From: an uncultured Chitinophaga sp.
GTDB lineage: Bacteria > Bacteroidota > Bacteroidia > Chitinophagales > LD1
Assembly (NCBI GenBank): GCA_964493695.1
Contig: CAZBPG010000003.1
Location: 124 to 64,123 of the forward strand
Direction of reading: 5' to 3'
Length of the DNA: 64,000 bases
This document shows positions 8,989-18,239 of this stretch, in pieces. The translations under genes were made by a program, and so were the position numbers. Each line of letters begins with the position of its first letter. Within the stretch, counting starts at the first letter, position 1. Under the pieces are notes generated by a model. It was not told the DNA's origin. It did not search any database and worked only from the letters and a program-made list of their open reading frames with translations.

Positions 8989-9816
8989 ATGAAGATTCGG
9001 TTCCTTTCTTTTTGTCTACTGCCTATTGCCTACTGCCTGCTGGTAATCGGTTGCAACATGCCCAACGATGGCATTCCGGTACTTATGAAAATAGATTCGG
9101 TTACCGTATCTGCCCTGTCCGGTCAGGGAGCGGGCTCGCATAACATTACCGATGTATGGGTAGAAGCCAATGACGACAACGTAGGCGCTTACGCCCTGCC
9201 CTGCAATATTCCGGTGCTGCGGGAAAACGAAATACGCTTTGTGGTAAGTGCGGGAATTAAAGAAAGCGGGCAATCGGGTATCCGGGTTATTTATCCTTTT
9301 TACGCTGCCGATACTTTTACTATTACCGGTGTGCGGGGCCAGCAGTATTCGCGCAACCCTGTTTTTAAATATGTAAACAGTGCGCAGTTTTCGTTTGCCG
9401 AAGATTTCGATTTCAGCAATCCGTTCAGCGGCTCTACCATAGTGAACGATTCGGGCTATGCCGGCACGCGCTGCATTAAATTCAGTGTAAATACTACCGA
9501 TAGCAGCAAAGAGGTTTCGCACGTTACCAAATACGATTTACCCGAAGGGCAGGAAATTTGGCTGGAGGTGGACTACAAAAGCGAAGTGCCTTTTTTTGTT
9601 GGCTTTTACGCCACTTATAATGGCAGCAGTGGGGGGCGCGTGCCGGTGATGTTTGTTACCGCGCAGCCCGAGTGGAACAAGGTGTATGTAAAGTTCAGCA
9701 ATTATGTGGGTAGTGTGAGGGCAGATAGCTATAATGTATACTTCGAGGCACTACGGCCTTATGGCTCGGCTGGCGGAAGTGTATATATAGATAACGTGAA
9801 ACTGGTTCATTTTTGA
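8989..9816 (+). CDS. Uncharacterised lipoprotein
   Basis: Signal peptide ending VIGC (lipobox); beta-rich 275-aa ORF with a C-terminal YIDNVKL typical of CBM-like folds. Confidence 0.75.
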   Translation: MKIRFLSFCLLPIAYCLLVIGCNMPNDGIPVLMKIDSVTVSALSGQGAGSHNITDVWVEANDDNVGAYALPCNIPVLRENEIRFVVSAGIKESGQSGIRVIYPFYAADTFTITGVRGQQYSRNPVFKYVNSAQFSFAEDFDFSNPFSGSTIVNDSGYAGTRCIKFSVNTTDSSKEVSHVTKYDLPEGQEIWLEVDYKSEVPFFVGFYATYNGSSGGRVPVMFVTAQPEWNKVYVKFSNYVGSVRADSYNVYFEALRPYGSAGGSVYIDNVKLVHF

Positions 9817-9874
9817 GGTTTTGAAGCAAAAACACATGGTTTTTAACAAAATACACGGTTTTGGAGTTTCCCGG

Positions 9875-10092
9875 AATGATTTACGGACTACAGGAAATGA
9901 TTCCCTGACAACAGTAAATGATTTACGGACTACCGGAAATGATTCCCTGACAGCAGTAAATGATTTACGGACTACCAAAAATGATTCCCTGACAGCAGTA
10001 AATGATTTACGGACCACCGGAAATGATTCCCTGACAGCAAAAAATGATTCCCTGACAGCAGAAAATGAATTACGGACTACCGGAAATGATTT
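9875..10092. repeat. Tandem array of alternating 21-bp units AATGATTTACGGACTACCGGA / AATGATTCCCTGACAGCAGTA
   Basis: 10 full units starting every 21 bp from 9875 to 10064 (order ABABABABBA) plus a partial unit. Confidence 0.95.
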
Positions 10093-10146
10093 TCTAATAC
10101 AAATATGCTTTCCACAAATGTCAAAAATCATTTACAAAAAGGCAGC

Positions 10147-11565
10147 ATGAACAAACGAAAATCCATCCTTGTCTGGTATGTGTTCAGCGATTATGTGGCT
10201 GCCGTGCTGGCCTGGTATTTTCTTTTCCTTTTCCGCAAAATAGTTATCGAAGGCAACCCCTTTGCTTACAACCTGCCCTTTAGCGACAGTAATTTTTGGG
10301 TAGCCATGATGATAGTGCCCGAGCTTTGGCTGCTGTTCCACTACCTTACCGGAACCTACACCGACCTCTACAAAAAATCGCGCCTGCAGGAACTGGGCAA
10401 AACCTTTATTGTAACTTTTGTAGGCAGCATTATTGTTTTCTTTCTGCTGCTGCTTGACGATTTTGTGCGCAGATATTCCGACTACTACCTCACGTTTGCG
10501 GTTTTATTCTCGCTGCAATTCTTTTTCACCTTCCTGGGCAGGTTCGTTATACTGAATGTGGTTAAAAGAAATATCTGGAGCGGCAAAGCGGGTTTCAGCA
10601 CCCTGCTTATTGGCAGCAGCCAGAAAGCAAACGAGCTGTACGAAGAAATGAAGGCCAAGGAGCGCTCCTTTGGTTTTCAGTTCACCGGTTACCTCGAACT
10701 GAACGGCAGCACTAAAAACACCCTCACTACCGAGCTGAAAGAACTTGGCAAACTCCGCGATTTGGAAAAAGTGATTGACCGGTACAGCGAGATAGAAGAA
10801 GTCATCATTGCTATCGAATCGTCCGAGCACCATCAGCTCAACGATATCCTGAACCGGCTGGCCGATAAAAATGTAACCATCCGCATCATTCCCGACATGT
10901 ACGATATCCTCTCCGGTACCGTGCGCATGAACCACGCCATCGGTGAAGCGTTTATCGAAATTCCTCCGCGCCTACTCAACGAATGGGAACGCATCACCAA
11001 ACGCTGGTTCGATGTGTGGGCTTCGCTCTTTGCGCTCTTTATCACGCTGCCGGTTACTCTGTACGTAGCGCTGCGCATAAAAATGATTGATGGCGGTCCT
11101 GTTTTTTACATGCAGGAACGCTTAGGCCAATACGGAATCCCTTTCCGCATTTATAAGTTCCGTTCCATGAAGATAAATGCCGAATCAAACGGCCCGCAAC
11201 TGACCAGCGAAAACGATGACCGCATTACCGGTATCGGTAAAACCATCCGCAAGTACCGGATAGATGAACTGCCGCAATTCATCAATGTATTAAAAGGCGA
11301 AATGAGCATTGTTGGTCCGCGTGCAGAGCGCAGATACTTTGCCGACCGCATTACCGAACTTGCGCCCCACTACCGGCACGTGTTTAAAGTGCAGCCCGGC
11401 ATCACTTCCCTCGGCATGGTTAAATACGGCTACGCTTCCACCGTTGACGAAATGGTAAAGCGCCTGAAATACGACATCATCTACATCGAAAACATGAGCA
11501 TCACACTCGACTTTAAGATAATGGTTTACACCGTGCTTACCGTTATTTACGGCAGAGGGAAATAG
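10147..11565 (+). CDS. Polyprenyl glycosylphosphotransferase (WcaJ/WbaP-like sugar transferase)
   Basis: N-terminal TM helices, a Rossmann-like middle region, and YKFRSM, RKYRIDELPQFINVLKGEMSIVGPR, PGIT motifs. Start at MNKRK. Confidence 0.92.
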   Translation: MNKRKSILVWYVFSDYVAAVLAWYFLFLFRKIVIEGNPFAYNLPFSDSNFWVAMMIVPELWLLFHYLTGTYTDLYKKSRLQELGKTFIVTFVGSIIVFFLLLLDDFVRRYSDYYLTFAVLFSLQFFFTFLGRFVILNVVKRNIWSGKAGFSTLLIGSSQKANELYEEMKAKERSFGFQFTGYLELNGSTKNTLTTELKELGKLRDLEKVIDRYSEIEEVIIAIESSEHHQLNDILNRLADKNVTIRIIPDMYDILSGTVRMNHAIGEAFIEIPPRLLNEWERITKRWFDVWASLFALFITLPVTLYVALRIKMIDGGPVFYMQERLGQYGIPFRIYKFRSMKINAESNGPQLTSENDDRITGIGKTIRKYRIDELPQFINVLKGEMSIVGPRAERRYFADRITELAPHYRHVFKVQPGITSLGMVKYGYASTVDEMVKRLKYDIIYIENMSITLDFKIMVYTVLTVIYGRGK

Positions 11566-11573
11566 CTGAAGAG

Positions 11574-11744
11574 TTACTTCTTTAATTTTATTTCGCGGGC
11601 AGGAACAAGAACAACTTTATTGCCGCGCATGATGACGAGTTCATCGTTATTGCGGATAGATTCTTCTAAAAATATTTCAAAAGATTTTCGAATCCCTCTT
11701 TTGATTTTATTCATCAGTAAGTCAAGTCGTTGGTCTTTACTCAT
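11574..11744 (-). CDS. Small hypothetical protein (56 aa)
   Basis: Charged helical ORF ending NDELVIMRGNKVVLVPAREI; start overlaps the upstream stop. An alternative start lies at 11759. Confidence 0.55.
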   Translation of the reverse strand: MSKDQRLDLLMNKIKRGIRKSFEIFLEESIRNNDELVIMRGNKVVLVPAREIKLKK

Positions 11745-13125
11745 ACTGTTTGATTTCATTTCGCTTGGTTTCGGTTTGAATATAGTATTTCTTCATACAC
11801 TTATCTACCCACCAGGCAGTATCGTTTCTTACATCCACAATTTGAAACGTGTTAGGAATCACAGCAAGTTTTTCAATGGGCGCTCCGGGATTTGCAATAA
11901 CATTTTTCTGCCGCTCGTAAAAAGCAGTTTCGTATTTCCTGAAATTATTGTCTTTAAAATCGCGAAGTATTTTAAAGCCGTTACCGGTGAACATTATCGC
12001 AGTAATGCTTAAAACAATAGCAACGCCCGTCACCTTTTTACCGACAAGCAGAAATTGCTTTTCATCGGGAAAAAATTTTCGGGCAACAGAAATCAAAAAC
12101 AAGACCCAAAGCAGAATAAAAAAGAAGAAAACAAAATTAATAGTGCGGTGTTGCCCCAATACACCGGTTGCGAAGTACGGCAGAAACGAACCAATAAAAA
12201 CAACAAAGAGCATAGCCGCAAGAAGCAACCGGTAATCAAAATCTACTTTGGGTTTAATCCTTCCGGCATTAGCCACAACTACCATACTCAACATCAAAAA
12301 CGGAGCAGTCAAAATCCACTTCGCTAAAAAGCGAACGGTTTGCAGCGAGGCATAAAACATAGAATGAAACAAATCATACCGGTTCTCAAACTCATGACTG
12401 CGAACAAAATTGCCGGGAGAAAAGAAAACAAAGGCAGAAGCAAGAAAAGCAATTGCAGCAAAGGCAATCCACAGTTTCCAGTTTCCGGTTTCTTGTTTCG
12501 CGCTGAGCAACGCAACTGTTGCATAAAAAAGAGGAATCAGCATAGCGGCTACTTCATTAAAGCCAACAGAAACAATCAAAAGAAGCACAGATACAACCTG
12601 AAGAAAAATCTTAGTTCCATCCTTTGCCGAAAATGATTTTAACAGCAAAGTGAGCTGAAGAACAAAAAGAAGATTGCCCAAATGATAATTCGAAATGCCT
12701 ATGAACCAATAAACACCCTCGGTAAGGTTGGGTTGATAGTTTAAGTAGAAAAGTGTGATGAAGAGGGAGGCTATAAGCGAAATGAACTTTGGTCTGACGT
12801 TAGTCTGACCATTTCTTAAAACCTCCAGAACAAAAACATACAGCACAACCGGTGTTGCCGCAAGAGAGACAAAAACATGCAACTGATAAATGAGAATCTT
12901 TCCGGCAACCAGCGGATGAAGGTTCACCAGCACATCAGCGGTATACCTTCCGTTCCAGTATAAATACTGGTTCAAAAACTTTTGAATGAATGGAATACTT
13001 TCTGAGGCGGTCCACCCAAAACAATAATCATCGGCAAACGGAAAAGCATAAAGACAAACAAGCAAATAAGGAACCAGCGCAACCGCAAGCAGCAGGAGAA
13101 TAAAATATTTCAGCGTTGGCTTCAC
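11737..13125 (-). CDS. Polytopic membrane protein, DUF6056-like (possible GT-C-type polysaccharide modifier)
   Basis: PFADDYC, YLYWNGRY, VGFNE and FSPGNFVR motifs; more than 10 TM segments. Confidence 0.7.
   Translation of the reverse strand: MKPTLKYFILLLLAVALVPYLLVCLYAFPFADDYCFGWTASESIPFIQKFLNQYLYWNGRYTADVLVNLHPLVAGKILIYQLHVFVSLAATPVVLYVFVLEVLRNGQTNVRPKFISLIASLFITLFYLNYQPNLTEGVYWFIGISNYHLGNLLFVLQLTLLLKSFSAKDGTKIFLQVVSVLLLIVSVGFNEVAAMLIPLFYATVALLSAKQETGNWKLWIAFAAIAFLASAFVFFSPGNFVRSHEFENRYDLFHSMFYASLQTVRFLAKWILTAPFLMLSMVVVANAGRIKPKVDFDYRLLLAAMLFVVFIGSFLPYFATGVLGQHRTINFVFFFFILLWVLFLISVARKFFPDEKQFLLVGKKVTGVAIVLSITAIMFTGNGFKILRDFKDNNFRKYETAFYERQKNVIANPGAPIEKLAVIPNTFQIVDVRNDTAWWVDKCMKKYYIQTETKRNEIKQYE
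12786..12811. repeat. 26-bp element ACTTTGGTCTGACGTTAGTCTGACCA inside a CDS
   Basis: Identical copy at 13172..13197; diverged copy at 50329..50354. Confidence 0.9.
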
Positions 13126-13145
13126 GTGTTATAAAGGTGAAATAA

Positions 13146-13171
13146 AAAAGGCGATTCGAAAATCGCCTTTT
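13146..13171 (-). terminator. Intrinsic terminator of metK
   Basis: AAAAGGCGATT-CGAA-AATCGCCTTTT hairpin, with a T-run on the minus strand. Confidence 0.8.
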
Positions 13172-13197
13172 ACTTTGGTCTGACGTTAGTCTGACCA
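13172..13197. repeat. 26-bp element, intergenic copy
   Basis: Identical to 12786..12811. Confidence 0.9.
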
Positions 13198-13212
13198 ATT
13201 ATTCTTTAAGTA

Positions 13213-14472
13213 TTAAATACCGAAAGCCTTTTTCACCGCACCTATCGAGTTTAATTCTTCCCAAGGAAACAACTTCACTTTCACTTTAAGTTCGTTCTTC
13301 TTCCCTTTGTTGAAAGTCTTCTCCACCACTTTGCTCTCGCGGCCCATGTGCCCATAAGAAGCAGTCTCCAGATAAATTGGCGTGCGGAGGCTGAATCTCT
13401 TTTCAATAAAGTAAGGGCGCATATCAAACTCGGGCAACTTCGAAATCTTAGAGGCAATCTGTCCGTCAGTCAATTTCACCTTTGCAGTACCGTAAGTATT
13501 TACAAACAAGCCAACCGGCTGAGCAACTCCAATCGCATAAGCAACCTGCACCAGCGCCTCATCGCAAACTCCGGCAGCTACCAAATGCTTGGCAATATGC
13601 CGGGTAGCATAAGCAGCCGATCGGTCAACTTTGCTCGGGTCCTTACCGCTGAAAGCACCACCACCGTGTGCTCCTTTACCTCCGTAAGTATCCACAATAA
13701 TCTTTCTTCCTGTCAAACCTGTATCTCCGTGTGGTCCGCCAATTACAAACTTTCCGGTAGGGTTAATGTGATACTTAATCTTGTTGTTGAACAAATACTG
13801 CACACGCTTAGGGAGCTTTTTCATTACACGTGGTACCAGAATGTTCACCATATCATCCTTAATCTTCTTCAGCATCACGGCATCTTTTCCGAAATCGTCA
13901 TGCTGGGTAGAAATTACAATAGCATCAATTCTCAATGGCTTATTATCATCACCGTACTCAATAGTCACCTGGCTTTTTGCATCAGGGCGAAGGTAAGTCA
14001 TCACTTTCGCTTCTCTGCGGATAGCTGAAAGTTCGCGCAATAAAGTGTGCGCCAGTTCCAACGGAAGCGGCATATAATTGTCAGTCTCACGGCTCGCATA
14101 ACCAAACATCATTCCCTGGTCGCCTGCACCTTGTTCTTCGGGTTTCTTTCTTTCAACTCCTTGATTAATATCGGCACTTTGTTCGTGGATAGCAGAAAGA
14201 ATTCCGCAACTGTTTGCTTCGAACATATACTCGGCCTTTGTATAACCGATTTTGCGAATCACCTCGCGGGCAATTTCCTGAACATCCAGGTAAGCGTTGG
14301 ACTTTACCTCACCGGCCAAAACAACTTGTCCGGTAGTAACCAGCGTCTCACAAGCTACTTTACTTTGCGGATCATAAGCCAGAAATTGGTCAATAAGTGC
14401 ATCAGAAATCTGGTCGGCTACTTTATCAGGGTGTCCCTCAGAAACAGACTCGGATGTAAAAAGATAAGGCAT
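13213..14472 (-). CDS. metK: S-adenosylmethionine synthetase
   Basis: [40 protein letters not shown] and [10 protein letters not shown] motifs. Confidence 0.99.
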   Translation of the reverse strand: MPYLFTSESVSEGHPDKVADQISDALIDQFLAYDPQSKVACETLVTTGQVVLAGEVKSNAYLDVQEIAREVIRKIGYTKAEYMFEANSCGILSAIHEQSADINQGVERKKPEEQGAGDQGMMFGYASRETDNYMPLPLELAHTLLRELSAIRREAKVMTYLRPDAKSQVTIEYGDDNKPLRIDAIVISTQHDDFGKDAVMLKKIKDDMVNILVPRVMKKLPKRVQYLFNNKIKYHINPTGKFVIGGPHGDTGLTGRKIIVDTYGGKGAHGGGAFSGKDPSKVDRSAAYATRHIAKHLVAAGVCDEALVQVAYAIGVAQPVGLFVNTYGTAKVKLTDGQIASKISKLPEFDMRPYFIEKRFSLRTPIYLETASYGHMGRESKVVEKTFNKGKKNELKVKVKLFPWEELNSIGAVKKAFGI

Positions 14473-14556
14473 GTGTGTTTTTGCTTTTTAAAATGAGGCG
14501 TGAAAATAAATAAATGGGTGGAAGTAGCAAGGCGCCTCTTCTTCTTCTGTATAGCA

Positions 14557-14595
14557 ACAGCGCCCCGTATCGGCTTAGCTGATACGGGGCGCTGT
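14557..14595. repeat. GC-rich hairpin (18-bp stem) between the histidine kinase and metK
   Basis: ACAGCGCCCCGTATCGGC-TTA-GCTGATACGGGGCGCTGT. There is no clear U-tract, so it may be a REP or RNA stabiliser rather than a terminator. Confidence 0.7.
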
Positions 14596-14616
14596 CAAAC
14601 AATTCTCAATATCGAA

Positions 14617-16011
14617 TCAGAATTTACGGATAGTAAAATGGAAAGTTGTTCCTTCTCCTTCCACACTTTCGAACCAAACTTCACCGTGGTAATACTCCAC
14701 AATTTTCTTACAAATCGCGAGACCTATACCTGTTCCATCATAATCCTGCTCGTTGTGAAGCCGCTTAAACATCTGGAAGATTGTGGTGGAATACTCCTTT
14801 GAAATACCAATACCGTTATCGGATATGGTAAACGTGTAATAATTCAGCGAGTTCGTGTAATTAATGTTTATCTCCGGATTCTCCCTTTTATTAAACTTCA
14901 ACCCGTTGCTGATCAAATTCTGGAATACGTGATACATGAGCGATGAATGCACGTTGCTTATCACAGGTAGCTCCTTATTGATATTGATTGTTGCGTTACT
15001 TAGACTCATTTTTTCTCTCAACTCAAAACGAATCGTGCTTACCACATCATTCAAATTAACAGGAATGGGTTTAGGAAGATTTGTACCAATACGGCAATAA
15101 GCCAACACATCATCTATCAATCGCTCCAGGCGTTTTGCTCCGGTGTGTGAATAATCTACAAACTCCCGCGCTTCCGGATGCATAGTAGGGCCGTATTTAG
15201 TCACCAGCAAACTCATAAAACTGGAAATATTCCGCACCGGTGCTTTTAAATCGTGCGAAATGATATAGGCAAACTGCTCAAGGTCAGAATTCGAACGCCT
15301 TAACTCACCGGTTTGAAACACCATCTGGCTATTAGAATTTTCCAGTTGCTTTTCGGTTTTCATGTTGTAATACACGAACTGATAAACTGATAAAAGCAGT
15401 AAAGCGCATTGCATAACGATTCCCACTTGTTGCAATATTCTTTGTTGATCCGGTTCAAGGTTATAGCTGCTGAAATACGGAAATACAAAATCGTAGGTGT
15501 AAAGGAGTATCATCGGAACAACAATCCCCATTCCAATAAGCCAAAATTTCTTTACATCAAAAATGAGAAAGGGAAGAATCAGCGCTATAAAAAGATAATT
15601 GTTACCTAACACATTCGGACCTGCAAACAAAGTGTTCAGAAATACCAGCCAGTTAAAACCGAGTATAAAAGTAACCCGGGAAGCAGTTGTTTTGCCGAAA
15701 CTATTCAGCGCTAAAACACCAAGACAACTAAGGCTCAAACCAACCATGGTATAAAGCCAGTACCATTGTTCCCAAAATATAGCAAAAGTAAGATACACCA
15801 GCGTGCCCAGAAAAGTAATGACTGCAACAAAATTGGTAATACGGGTATACTTCTTTTGGCTTCTGTTTGTAACGGTATTTGCGCCCAAATTCAACAACCC
15901 GAGATAAACCGACCTAAACGGATTCATCTCATTGGCTTCTACTTTTTGTGCGTATTCGCTTGACTGATTGGTTAGGGTTAACTCCGAAGTGTTTTCGTAT
16001 AATTTTGCCAT
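14617..16011 (-). CDS. Membrane sensor histidine kinase
   Basis: About 6 TM helices; H-box FAYIISHDLKAP; N-box QNLISNGLKF; G boxes DNGIGI and GTGIGLAI. Confidence 0.93.
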   Translation of the reverse strand: MAKLYENTSELTLTNQSSEYAQKVEANEMNPFRSVYLGLLNLGANTVTNRSQKKYTRITNFVAVITFLGTLVYLTFAIFWEQWYWLYTMVGLSLSCLGVLALNSFGKTTASRVTFILGFNWLVFLNTLFAGPNVLGNNYLFIALILPFLIFDVKKFWLIGMGIVVPMILLYTYDFVFPYFSSYNLEPDQQRILQQVGIVMQCALLLLSVYQFVYYNMKTEKQLENSNSQMVFQTGELRRSNSDLEQFAYIISHDLKAPVRNISSFMSLLVTKYGPTMHPEAREFVDYSHTGAKRLERLIDDVLAYCRIGTNLPKPIPVNLNDVVSTIRFELREKMSLSNATININKELPVISNVHSSLMYHVFQNLISNGLKFNKRENPEININYTNSLNYYTFTISDNGIGISKEYSTTIFQMFKRLHNEQDYDGTGIGLAICKKIVEYYHGEVWFESVEGEGTTFHFTIRKF

Positions 16012-16238
16012 AGGATGATTATTTGAACAAAGTTGCCCTTGTGGTTTTACAAAATATTAAACGAAATGTTACATAAACCTATTAATAATTTCCGCAAACA
16101 AACAACAGCAGCATCAACATTAATTAAGTGCTCTCTGTCTGCGCCACTAAATAAAAGGAAATAAAATTGGAATTAGATACTGAAACGTATGTGCAAATCA
16201 GTCAGCAGATCAATATCGCTCTAAAACAGGGAAGAAGG

Positions 16239-16487
16239 CTATTGTGTTTTACCGGCTTCGGCACAAACAATCACCTTATTGTTCAGGCACTCTACAAAGC
16301 CACCGGTGATGGTAAAGTTTTTATCGCCTGATGCTGATTTCACTTTTACTGTGCCGTTGCCAAGAGCCGAAATAATGGGCGCGTGTTTATCTAGAATTTC
16401 AAACAAACCATCTACCCCCGGAAGCTGCACCAATGTAGCATCTCCGCTGTAGAGTTTTTTTTCAGGAGTAAGTATATCCAAAGTCAT
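16239..16487 (-). CDS. atpC: ATP synthase F1 epsilon subunit, short form
   Basis: LDILTPEK...PGVDGLFEILDKHAPIISAL...GGFVE; directly follows atpD. Confidence 0.93.
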   Translation of the reverse strand: MTLDILTPEKKLYSGDATLVQLPGVDGLFEILDKHAPIISALGNGTVKVKSASGDKNFTITGGFVECLNNKVIVCAEAGKTQ

Positions 16488-16499
16488 AGTATGCAATTT

Positions 16500-16559
16500 G
16501 CAGTAGGCAGTAGGCAATAAGCAGCCGGACTTTGCCTACTGCTTATTGCCTGTTGCTTA
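16500..16559. repeat. Inverted heptamer tracts (GCAGTAG/GCAATAA versus TTGCCTA/CTGCTTA) between atpD and atpC
   Basis: About four 7-mers followed by four complementary 7-mers. Related tracts occur at about 9016-9040, 18125-18140 and 43254-43270. Confidence 0.75.
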
Positions 16560-16560
16560 C

Positions 16561-18111
<1,551 letters not shown>

Positions 18112-18239
18112 CTAATGCACCTTGCTTACTGCCTACTGGTTTTCAAAATGCGGTGCGAAAATAGACGTAAAAGTCAATTTTCAAAATGATTGATTTAAAA
18201 TGTGGAGAAGAGTATTTCCACTACCAAATCATCTCAGTC

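Noticed and set aside
9751-10131. Minus-strand 126-aa repeat ORF as a real gene
   Set aside because: It is open only because the 21-bp units lack stops; it overlaps the lipoprotein gene and has no supporting context.
14473-14616. SAM riboswitch upstream of metK
   Set aside because: I could not find SAM-I or SAM-II core motifs, only a GC-rich hairpin. An Infernal search would settle it.
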